This document shows, one piece after another, positions 37,016 through 47,660 of a stretch of 64,000 bases of DNA. The DNA is from Mobula hypostoma (lineage: Eukaryota), in contig NC_086097.1 of NCBI RefSeq assembly GCF_963921235.1, positions 176,392,001 to 176,456,000 of the forward strand. The letters run 5' to 3'. The position numbers were made by a program, and so were the translations under genes. Position 1 is the first letter of the stretch. Each line of letters begins with the position of its first letter. The notes under the pieces were generated by a model that did not search any database, was not told the DNA's origin, and saw only the letters and a list, made by a program, of their open reading frames with translations.

Positions 37016-38362
37016 TGGAGGTGAGCTCCCCACTTTCAAATGTAATTACTTGTAACTGCATAACAGACCATTCAGCCCATCAGCTTCATACTAGCTCACA
37101 ACAGAATAACACATTTCCCCCTCTGTTTACTTCCTTGTACCCATCTAACTTATTTACTCCCACACACACATGTTTATCAGATCACTGGGGTGCAATGAAA
37201 TTCCTTGCTCACATGAAGCTCACAGCATCAGAATCAGATTTATTGCCACTGAGTCAGGTAATGTGATATTTGCTGTTTTGCAGAGGTAGTGCAGTGTAAA
37301 GAGGTACATCTTTGGGCAATGAAGAACAGAAGCCTGAATTCCCTCACTGCCAGGTTCAGGCACTTACATACTTCCTTCAACCATCAGCTTCCTGAACCGA
37401 CCTGCACACCATATGTCACCAGTCTTCGTCTGCACACTACCATGGATTTGCCTCGGTGTCGACATTCTGCACTGCAGCCTTGTTTTCACAGTTGTTTCCC
37501 TCTCTTTCTTCGTTGTCTTGTATAAATGATATTTAATTTACTGTATGTTCTCTGCTGTCTGTACCCACTTGCTGGTGATGCTGCTGTAAGCAAGTTTTTC
37601 ATTGTACTTATTCCTTATTGTACCTAAGCAGATGACAATTATCTTCATTTGAGAGGCTAGCAATGAAATCACAGGCGAGCGCATGCAGACAGCTATGCTG
37701 AGAGGGGCCATTAGGGACTTGTTAATTCTCGTCTCCTTGCCAACCTGCAGTGGGGTTTGCTTCAGGTTTCACTGAGGCCATGAGTCACACATTATTGCCG
37801 TAGCAATTGACAATGTGAAAGGCACTGGGAAAATGGCAGGTATGCTGGAGTAAATAGTTGGGATTATGGCAGTTCATCTTCCTGATTGGTAGAACATCCC
37901 TCTTCACTAGAACCAGGATCCGATCTATTATCACTGATTTATATGATGTGAAATTTGTTGTCTTGCGGCAGCAATACAGAGCAAAGACATAAAATAGCTA
38001 TAAATTACCAATATAAATCATTTGAAAAACAAAACAGAATACTGAGGTAATGTTCATGGGTTTATGGACCATTCATATAGTTGAAAACAGAGGGGCAGAA
38101 ATTGTGCCTAAAATATTGAGTGTGGGTCTTCAAGCTCCTGTATCTTTTCCCTGATGGTGGAACCCTGCTTCCACCACTATCTCTGGTAGTGTTTTCCAGG
38201 TGAAGAAGGTGCCCTCTGAATCTTTTCCCCCTTCCCCTGAACTTATGTCCTCTATGTCTGATAAGGTGATAAGGTCCCTAAAACAGTCATTATCATTTTA
38301 TCAACACACATAAAAGTTGCTGGTGGACACAGCAGGCCAGGCAGCATCTCTAGGAAGCGGTG

Positions 38363-38400
38363 CAGTCGACGTTTCAGGCCGAGACCCTTCGTTAGGACTA
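38363..38400 (-). ncRNA. Minimal hammerhead motif, probably inactive (core CUAACGA)
   Basis: Reverse complement of the + copy with a G-to-A change at the conserved G5 position. Confidence 0.65.
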
Positions 38401-38541
38401 ACTGAAGGAAGAGTGAGTAAGGGATTTGAAAGTTGGAGGGGGAGGGGGAGATCCAAAATGATAGGAGAAGACAGGAGGGGGAGGGATCATTTTGGATCTC
38501 CCCCTCCCCCTTTCAAATCCCTTACTCACTCTTCCTTCAGT

Positions 38542-38579
38542 TAGTCCTGACGAAGGGTCTCGGCCTGAAACGTCGACTG
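38542..38579 (+). ncRNA. Minimal type I hammerhead ribozyme (Penelope-type)
   Basis: Stem I AGTC (38543-46) / GACT (38575-78); core CTGACGA (38547-53); stem II AGG...CCT; GAAA (38567-70); palindromic ACGT in place of stem III; predicted cut after GTC at 38574. Confidence 0.8.
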
Positions 38580-40366
38580 CACCTCTTCCTAGAGATGCTG
38601 CCTGGCCTGCTGCGTTCACCAGCAACTTTGATGTGTGTTGCTTGAATTTCCAGCATCTGCAGAATTCCTGTTGTTTGCATTATCATTTTATACTCTTCTG
38701 TATCCTCTTCCATCTTCTTTTACACACTCTGATGCATCTTGGTTTCTGATGCATCTACGACCAAGGTTGCAAGAGGCCACAGAGGGTTGTAGGCTCATCT
38801 TAAGAGGCTGTGCCTTCATAATAAGGACCCCCATCACCTGGAACATGCCCTCTTCTCGTTACTACCATCAGGGAGGGGGTACTTAAGCTTGAGGAACAGC
38901 TTTTACCCCTCTGCCATCAGAGTTATGAGCATTCCAAAAGCCCATGAATGCTACCTTGTTATTCATCTTTTGAACTATTTAGTTATTTTTGTAACTTAAG
39001 GCAGATTTTATGTCTTGCACTATACTGCTGCCATAAAAGAACAAATTTTACATCATAAGTCAATGATAATAAACCTGATTCTGATTCTAATGTCTTAGCT
39101 TTCATGGGAGACCACATTACTGTGATTTAACACTGGTTAAACTGCCTACTGTATGTTCACAACTTGCTGTGAAGTGATTGTGTGATCACTCATCTGAAAA
39201 TGCACAGGTGCAATATCTAATACTCTCATTAAGGTCACAAGTAGTTCTCAATTGGACAAGAGGTCATGGTTTAACCCTTGTCCAAACACTACACTGATTG
39301 GCTATAATCACAGCCAAGGTCCAAATAAGGTAAAACTACTCAACCTCAAAGGCTAACAGTGTGACAGTTAGATTGATTGCATATTTATGGAACTGTTCCC
39401 CAGTCCTGTTTAATTTTGCAGCCTCTCTTATTGCAAATGACATTTTTTTGTATTAACATTTTTTTTTCTGTGATGATATTCCTCTCAGCTGCTTCTCCCA
39501 GAGATTATCTATGATGCAAAATAGTATTGCAAGTGACTTGATTTAAAGATACATTTGGAGATGATAGTGGAGAGATATAAGGAGAGATATATCTCAATTA
39601 AATAATAATGAGAGGGAGATGGTTCATTATTGTGAGATGGTCAGAGACATGATGCATTTATTTTACAATGTAATGTTAGAAATATTGGGTATTAATCTGT
39701 TGAAGTATCATTCATTCAATAAAACTTTCAGCAAGCTACCTACAGATATTGATCATTCTATTTTATAAGCATTCAAAATGATTAAGCACTGAGGAGAATT
39801 GTTTTGCTCCTGTATTAGAAGGGAATTGAATTCAAAAGATTGCAGAATATTTTATTATCCTTTCAGGTAGGACTTTCAACTCACTGGGTTAAATGCTCAT
39901 CATCTCGGTCTCAAGCAATTGAGATGATTCAAGATGCAGCTATTGAATGGAGCTAAATATTAGTTCAAATGCTCTGCTGTCTGTGCAGAACTCCAGAAAA
40001 GAAAGTACAGGGTGTAAAGCACCTGTCCAGTTGCAAGGTTATTATATTTATGTACGATATCCTAATCACTACCTTAGTATAGTAACACGATGACTCCCAC
40101 CATCGAGGGCATGCCCTCTTTTCATTACTACCATCAGGGAGGAGTTACAATGTCTGAAAGTACACACTCAGCGTTTTAGGAACAGCTTCTTCCTCCTCAC
40201 CAGCAAACTTATGAATAATCCATTAACCCACGATCACTACCTCAAAGTTCCCTTTCTGTGGACTGTTCACATATTTATAATTACAGTATTATTTATTTAC
40301 TTAATGTAACTTATTGGAACTTCTTATGTTTTGCATGGTACTGCTACTACATATACTGGGGTATAT

Positions 40367-40551
40367 GGGGTGTCAGGGAGGGGTAGCACCTCTGGTGGGG
40401 GAACATGTCGTGTCCTTTTCAGGATGGTTAGTCCACCTTCGGTCCCCACCTGGCACTCAGCTCTCACCTGTGGCTCCCCGTAGCTGTTTGCATGCGACAG
40501 CGGCCACACCTCGGGCAACGGCTTCGACAAGCCGGCTAAACCAGGTGAGGG
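40367..40551 (+). ncRNA. HDV-like (nested double pseudoknot) self-cleaving ribozyme
   Basis: P1 GGGGTGT (40367-73) / ACACCTC (40506-12); P2 CTCTCACCTG (40461-70) / CAGGTGAGGG (40542-51); P3 GGC (40472-74) / GCC (40503-05); L3 begins TCC and pairs with GG (40513-14) as P1.1; GCAA junction; P4 CGGCTT-CGAC-AAGCCG (40519-34); J4/2 G-C-TAA with the catalytic C at 40536. Confidence 0.82.
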
Positions 40552-40928
40552 TAGCCGACGGGTCTCAAACCCTCGGTGAGATAGGGAGTTGTCTATCCCA
40601 GCATGTGAAGACAGACTCCGGCGGATTGAGCGGACGAGACCAATGGAAGGTCCAACGGTCAGGAAGGTGGTCTCTGCAAGCATTGTGGAACGTGTAGAGC
40701 AGGACAAGACACAGAAGATGTCCTGGTCATCCACTGCGCCTAGTCCCATCTCCAGCCGTCTCGACTCTGTCCTGCCACTGGATCCAGATGGGAATTGGGA
40801 AGAGAGAGTGAGGCTGACGCTGCGCATCTCTCCCTCACTTAAATCCAAATCACGCGCTAGTCTCGACACCATTGCAATGGTGTCGAGGTCCTCATCGACG
40901 TCAACGATGGACGAACAACAACAACAAC
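40367..40928 (+). mobile_element. Non-coding RTE-type retroposon with a 5' HDV-like ribozyme and (CAA)n tail
   Basis: A GC/CpG-rich insert splitting a Rex1 3' tail (40100-40350 and 40929-40985). It has a 3' CATCG/CGATG stem-loop and an (AAC)5 tail. Tentative TSD ACTACA (40346-51) / ACTGCA (40927-32). Confidence 0.8.
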
Positions 40929-41039
40929 TGCAAAGTAACAGATTTCATGACCTACAGTATATCATTGATAATAAACCTGATTCTAAGACCAGTTTGTTTT
41001 ATAATGGGCTGTTTTTATTCTAATTGTGTCCTTTCCTGT

Positions 41040-42010
41040 ATAATTGGAATTGGTATTGGTTTATTTTTATTACGTACTAAGGTATAGTGAAAAGCTTGTC
41101 TTGTATATTGTTCATACAGATCAGATCATTATACAGTGCAAGGTAAAACAATAACAGAATGCAGAATAAAGTGCAATAGCTCCAGAGAAAAGTACAGTGC
41201 GGGTAGACAACAAGTACAAGAATATAAGAAGGTAGATAGTGTGTTTAAAGGTCCATTGCATTGTACCAGTTAACGATTCCATATTTTAAAACAGTGGAGT
41301 TGTTTACGGGTATCAGTCTAGTAATATGTGGTTTCAGGCTTTTGCATCTTCTGCCCAGTGGGAGTGGGGAGAAGTGAGAATGTTTAGGGTGTGCTGTGGC
41401 TTTGATTATGCTGGCTGCTTTACCAAGCAGTGGAAAGTATAGACTGAGTTGATGGAGAGGAGGCTGGTTTCTGTAATATGCTGAGCTGTGTCCAAAACTT
41501 TCTACAGTTTCTTGTAGTCACAGGCAAAGCAGATTCCACACCAAACCATTATGCATCTGGCTAGGATGCTTTCTGTGGTGCATTGATAAAAATTGGTAAT
41601 GCTTGATGGGGACATGCCAAAATTCTTTAGCCTTCTGAAGAAGTAGAGGTGTTGGCGAGCTTTCTTAAGCATGGTGTCTACGTTATTGGACCAGAACTGC
41701 CTATTGGTGATGTTCACTCCCAGGAACTTGAACCTCTCAACCCCAGCACACCTCAGCACAGTTGATGAAGACAGGAGAAAGTGCACTGCATCCTTTTCTG
41801 ACCAGCCCTTTTGATTTGTTGACACTGAGGGAGAGATTGTTATCAATACACAATGCTACTGAGTTCTCTGTCTTCTTCCTGTACTGTAACTCATCATTAT
41901 TTGAGATATGGCCCACTACCGTGGGATGTATCATCTGCAAACTTGTGGATGGAGTTAGAGTAGAATCTGGCCAATCAGTCATGAGTGTACAGAGAGTAGA
42001 TTAGGGAGCT
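41040..42010 (-). mobile_element. Rex1/Babar-like LINE fragment
   Basis: ORF 41502-41846 reads VERFKFLGVNITN...ARQHLYFFRRLKNFGMSP...ESILARCI; the tail lies near 41045-41070. Confidence 0.85.
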
Positions 42011-42179
42011 GAGAACATTTGTGGCAAAGGTGTTACTGACTATTGTAGTCCTTTGGTCAGGAAGTCAAAGATTCAGCTGCAGAGAGAAGTTTTGTATAAT
42101 TTACAGTATATTTTAATTTTGCATGTTGTGTATTTGATGCTATGTGTTTGTGATGCTGCTGCAAGTTTTTCATCTTACA

Positions 42180-43085
42180 TTTCATTTTACTTGTGCAAAT
42201 GATAATTATCTTGAATTTGACTTTTTCAATGCATCTTGTCCCCATTCTTCGCACATTCATGTGCCTATCTAAGAGCCTCTTGAAAGTCTCTATCATATTT
42301 GCCCCCACCACCATCCCTGGCAGTGCCCAGGCACCCACAGCTCTGAGCAGAAAATTCTGCATTGCCCGTGTCATTTAATTTACTCCTCTCACCTTTTTCC
42401 CAGCAGAGGCGGGGCAGCTTATAGCTGTGTCCACAGCTGCCAAAATTCAACAGCTTAAGCACGTAGGATGCAGAAAAAAATTCAAGCTGTCACCTCGTCT
42501 CTTCAACAAATGGTGAAACATCTTCACTTCACTGCATCAAAATGATTTTTATTTTATTAATCACCTTATAAAGGTTTATAAAATCATAAGGGACAGAGAC
42601 AGATTGAATGTGAATGTTCTTTTTCCCAGGGTAGGGGAGTCTAAAACCAGACATCATAGGTTTAAGGTGAGGAGGGAAGATTTAAAAGGGATCTGTGGGG
42701 CAATTTTTTCACACAAATGGTTGGGAGTATAGAGACCAAGCTGCCAGATGAAGTAATAGAAACAGCTACAGTTACAATATTTAAAGGGTACATTGGCACA
42801 CTTGCGCAGGTACATGGATAGGAAAGGTTTCGAGGGATATGGGCCACACGTGGGAAAATGGAACTAGCCATTGGGTCAGTATGGACAATTGGGCCAAAGG
42901 ACCTATTTGCTATGCTAAATGACTCTACAACTTATCTAATACCAGAGACGTCTAATATCAGAGGGATTGCTTTGAAGCTGAGAGGGGTAAGTTCAAAGGA
43001 ATTGTCTGGGGCAAGTATTTTACACAGGATATTGGGTGCCTGGAATGCGCTGCCAGGGGTGTTGGTGGAGGTGGATACAATATCG
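42180..43085. mobile_element. Cluster of short CR1 3' fragments (- at 42230-42360; + at 42565-42930 and 42940-43085)
   Basis: AWNALP / FKRLLDRHM-type motifs and CR1 3' UTR sequence. Confidence 0.7.
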
Positions 43086-43354
43086 GTTCATTTCATTGAA
43101 GATCTTGCTTAGGCAGACGGTGGGATACTTCCACTGATTGAACAGTTATTTTTCCTGATTTCAGCCAATGTGTGTCTTGAACTTACCTTGATCATACTGA
43201 TGTAATTCTAACCTGCTGAAGCTAATAAGGGTTAAAGATCACTGACCAAACAAACACTCCAGAGCAGAAGCAAAAAAAAAATCAACATTTTGTAATAAAT
43301 ACTGTACTTCAAATTCTCCAGCGTGGTCCTGAGTTTCCAGGAATTAACAATTAA

Positions 43355-43980
43355 CATAATGCTGGAGGAACTCAATGGGTCAGGTAGCATCTGTGGAGGG
43401 AAATGGATTATCAATATTTTGAATTGAGACACTTCATCTGGACTGGAAGATTGAGAGGAGATAGCCAATACTAAAAGCTGGAGGGAAGGTGTGTTTCCTA
43501 GAAGTTGGCGGATGATGTCTGAATCCAGATGGAGGAGGTGATAGATGGAGAAGGGGGAGTGGGAATAGTGACAGAGGCTGTGAGGTGATAGGTGGAGTTG
43601 ACAAAGGGCTGAAGATGATGGAATTTGTTAGGAGAGGAACATGCAACATAAATAAGGGAAATGGGGAGGGCAGATGGGAGCAGTAGGAGGAGGGGACCTA
43701 GTGGGAGGAGTGTGTGGTTGACGGGCAGATGGAGTGAGTGGGAAAAGTGACAGAGACAAGGATATGAGGGCTGGGATGTGTGCAGGATGAATTGAACTGA
43801 TCAAGTAGAGAGAGGAAAAGGACAGAGAGGGAGCAGGGAGCAGATTGTAGACTACCCAGCTAATATGAGGTGCTGTTATTTTTAGCCTCACACTGGCTGT
43901 AGTGGAGATTGAGGACAGATAGGATGGCATGAGAATGGTAAGGGGAATTAAGTTGTCTTGCAACTTGTATCTCCAGAGGA
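43355..43980 (-). mobile_element. Old Penelope pLTR / 3' fragment with a decayed hammerhead
   Basis: ATGCTGGAGGAACTCA...GCATCTGTGGAGGGAAATGGA, followed by minus-strand CCAGTCCAGATGAAGTGTCTCAATTCAAAA. Confidence 0.65.
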
Positions 43981-44244
43981 ATTAATGATTAGCAATCAGA
44001 AAAATATTTGAGGTACCAAAAGTAATAGGGCAGTTTTCTTGGTCCCTTTTTTGGAAGTGTTTCTTCAGTAATGATGAAAAGTTCTGGAGATAGGGGTGAG
44101 AAGCTTGAATGAGTGACGTGGGTGGGAGCGGGAGGTTACGTGATCTCACCCATCTCCAACACTTGGTAACCCTCAGAGAGAAGAGGGGATTGGCAAGTCC
44201 AACAGAGCAACTAGTAAATTTCTGCATTGTGGCTTCTATTATAC

Positions 44245-45150
44245 TGGTTGAATCCTGACCTCAGATGCTGGCTGTGTGGAGTTTGCATTTTCTCCTGGTG
44301 ACCTGATGTTCTGGTCTCCTCTTACAACTCAAAGATATGTGGGCCAGTGGGTAATAAGCTGCCGTTCATTTTCACTAATTTGTGGATAAGCAGTGGAATC
44401 TGAGGGGAATATGACAGACTGCAGATGCTGGAATCCAGAGCAACAAGCAATCTGCTGGAGGAACACAACGTGTCAGGTAGTATCTGTGGGGAGTGGGGGT
44501 GCTGAGGGGAAGGAATTGCTGATAATTTGGTCAAAACTCTGAATTAAGAGGGGAGGAGATGATGAGAATGTAAGGAGAATCAGGGCATTGAGTACAAATT
44601 TTGGAAGTTATTTTGAAGTTGTAAAAGACATTGCTGAGGCTAGATTTGGAATACAGTGTTCGGTTCAGGTCATCTACCTACAGGAAAGATATCAATAAGC
44701 TCGAAAGAATGTGGAGAAAATTTATATTGCTGGGACTTGAGGACCTGAGTTATAGGGAAAGGTTGAATAGGTTAGGAGCTCAGGAGAATGAGAGGAGATC
44801 TTATAAAGGTATACAAAATTATGAGGGGCATAGATAGAGCGTATACATATATACTTGTTCCCCTCAGGTTGGATGAGACTAGGATTATAGGTCTTAGGTT
44901 TAGAGTGAAAGGTGAGGTATTTAAGAGGGATCTGAGGAGAAATTTCTTCACTCAGAGGGTGGTGTGAATGTGCTGCCAGCAGAAGTGGTAACTTTTAAGA
45001 GAAGTTTCGATAGGTATAAAGATGGGAGGGGTGCAGAGGGATAGGTCTGAGTGCAGATAGATGGGACTAGGCAGAATATCAAATCAACACCAGATAGGCC
45101 AAAGGGCCTGTGACTGTGCTACAGAGGTCTGTGAGTCTATGACTCTATAA
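44245..45150. mobile_element. V-SINE fragment (+, 44245-44410), Penelope pLTR fragment (-, 44415-44545) and CR1 3' fragment (+, 44580-45150)
   Basis: GCTGTGTGGAGTTTGCATTTTCTCC V-domain; CTGCAGATGCTGGAATC pLTR end; LEYSVRF..YRKDINKLER and a (GACTCTAT) tail. Confidence 0.7.
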
Positions 45151-46327
45151 CGTGAGATTAATAGCGATTAATTATAAATGGAGGGCAGAGACTTTGTATG
45201 CTGAATGGCCTGTATTACAACTCTAGGAACATTCTTTCTCTGAACTAATTGGACTGAGCTTTAGCAATCATGAATTGAGATCCTAGACAGTAATACCTCT
45301 TGGGTGAAATTGGAATTTGCATGGAGAATTAGACACGGAATGAAACAATGACTTTCCCAGCACCTGAACACATATCAATGATCAGAAATAAAGCTCAAAC
45401 CTTTTTTTTCGGTGGGCAAGGGTGAGTGGCAAATGACAAATACGAGTGATGTATCCACAGAGTTATAGAAGCAGACCCTTCAGCCTGTGTCTTCTTGAAC
45501 TATTCTCATTTACCTATGTTTGGCTCATGTCCATCTAAACCTTTCTTTCCACATACCTGTTCAAATGACTTTTAAACATTGTAATTGAATCTGTGCCTCC
45601 AGCTTCCTCTGTCAGCTCATTCCATATAGGTATGATGCATGATGTAGTTGCACCTCAGGTTCCCTATACATTTATATCCTCTAGTTATAGACACCCTCAC
45701 CCTGATAACATTACTTTGGCTATACATTTGATCTATTCTCCTCATGATTTTTCAAACCTCTATAAGGGGCTCACCCCTAGTCCCTGTCAAACCAGGGAAA
45801 ACAGTCCCAGTCTATCCAGTCTCATCTAATAACTTCAAGTTGTCCAGTCCCAGCTACATCCAAGTGAGTCTCTTCTGCACACACTTACTCTGTGTTTAAC
45901 TCCTGCCTCTCTGCAGTTTGCTCACCAAATTACCTTTAGACTCCATCTTCATCAGAGTGCTGAGATTAAAATTTGATTCCACTACTGAGAGGCAACATAA
46001 TGATAGAGTTATAGGGTGCTACAGGACCGAAAAAGACCTTTTAGCATGACTGGCCCACTCCAGACATTCATTCTTCTTCCCCCACCCCCACCAATTGGGC
46101 AGAAGATACAAAAGCTTGAAAGCATGCACTACCAGGTTCAAGGACAGCTTCTATCCTACTGTTTTCAGGCTCTTGATTGGACCTCTTATAGACTAAGATG
46201 GACTCTTGACCTCACAATCTATCTTATTATGATCTTGCGCTTTGTCTGCCTGAATTGTATATTCTCTGTAGCTGTTACACTGTATTCCTCATTGTTATTG
46301 TTTTGCCTTGTTCTACCTCAATGCATT

Positions 46328-46507
46328 GTGTAATGATCTGATCTGTAGTGATACTGCGGAGATCAGAAGGCAGTGTAATGATTTGATCTATAGGATACTG
46401 TGGAGATCAGAAGGCAGTGTAATGATTTGATCTATACGATACTGTGGAGATCAGAAGGCAGTGTAATGATTTGATCTATATGATACTGTGGAGATCAGAA
46501 GGCAGTG
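46328..46507 (+). repeat. 44 bp tandem repeat, 4 copies, at the end of a Rex1 3' fragment (46080-46350)
   Basis: Units start with GTGTAATGAT at 46328, 46373, 46417 and 46461. Confidence 0.92.
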
Positions 46508-46599
46508 GTGATTGGAGGGGGTCAATGATGCTCCTTGCAGGCTTGTTGATCTCCTTCCTCATTAAGCGTCTTCAATGTCCTAGTGTCCACAGCACTACA

Positions 46600-47660
46600 G
46601 TCCTTTATAATCATATATATAATTAAATAAATAGAACAACAAAAACAGTGATGTAAGGTACATGGGTACATTGTCCATTCAAAAATCTGATGTAGAGGGG
46701 AAGAAGCTGTTCCTAAAAAAGTTGAGTTTGTGTCTTCAAGCTTCAGTACCTCCTCCTTGATGGTGGTAATGAGAAGAGTACATGTCCTGGGAGATGGAGG
46801 TCCTTAAAAATGGAAGACACCGTTTTGAAGCATCATCTTCTGAAGATATCTTCGATGTTGGGGAGGCTGGTGCCCATGATGGACATGGCTGAGTTTGCAA
46901 CTTTCTGAAACTTTTTCTGATTCTTTGCAGTGGCCCTTCCAGACCAGGCGTTGATGCAACCAGTTAGAATGCTCTCTACACAACATTTGTAGAAATTTGC
47001 GAGTCTTTGGTGACATAATAAATCTCCTCAAACTTCTTGTGAAATATAGCCACTGTCATGCAACAATATGTCGGGACCAGGATAGATCTACAGAGATGTT
47101 GATCCCAGGAACTTGCAACTCCTCACCCATTCCACTGCTGATCTCTTGACGAGGATTGTTGTGTGTTCTCTTAACTTCCCCTTCCAGAAGTCCACAATCA
47201 GTTCCTTGGTTACTATTGTTGAGTGCAAGGTTGTTGTTATGACACCAGCTGATTTCAGCTGATCTGTCTCACTCCTGTATGCCTCCTCGTCACCATCTGA
47301 AACTCTGCCAACGATAGTTGTGTCATCAGCAAATTTACAGATGGCCTTTGAGCTGTGCCTAGGCACACAGTCATGGGAATAGAGAGAGTAGAGCAGTGGG
47401 CTAAGCAGGTGTAGATCGTCAGTGAGGAGACGTAACTTCCGATCTGCACTGACTGTAGTTTCCTGAAGGACAGGAACGTACAGAGGACTAGGTTTTGGTG
47501 CTTGTTGATTAGTACTGTGTTGATTGCTGAGCTGTAATCAATAAACAGCAGCCTGACATAAGTATTGCTATCGTCCAGGTGGATCAAGGCCAAGTGGAGA
47601 GCCAATGGGAATGCATCCACTGTAGACTTGTTGTGGCGACAGGCAAATTGCACTGGATTC
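46600..47660 (-). mobile_element. Rex1/Babar-like RT fragment
   Basis: QFACRHNKSTVDA, YVRLLFIDYSSA.NT and CKFADDTTIVGRVSDGDEEAYRSE. Confidence 0.88.

Larger units (their letters stand above)
38302..38677 (+). mobile_element. 376 bp palindromic Penelope-derived mini-element with a 14 bp TSD
   Basis: TSD CATTATCATTTTAT at 38288-38301 and 38678-38691. Arms 38302-38462 and 38486-38640 are near-perfect reverse complements (one 6 nt indel and a few mismatches). Confidence 0.92.

Noticed and set aside
40314..41023. Overlapping 127-182 aa ORFs
   Set aside because: They arise from the GC-rich non-coding retroposon, run across its boundaries and show no protein motifs.
46328..46507. 44 bp repeats suggesting a CRISPR array
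   Set aside because: This is a head-to-tail minisatellite with no spacers and no cas genes.
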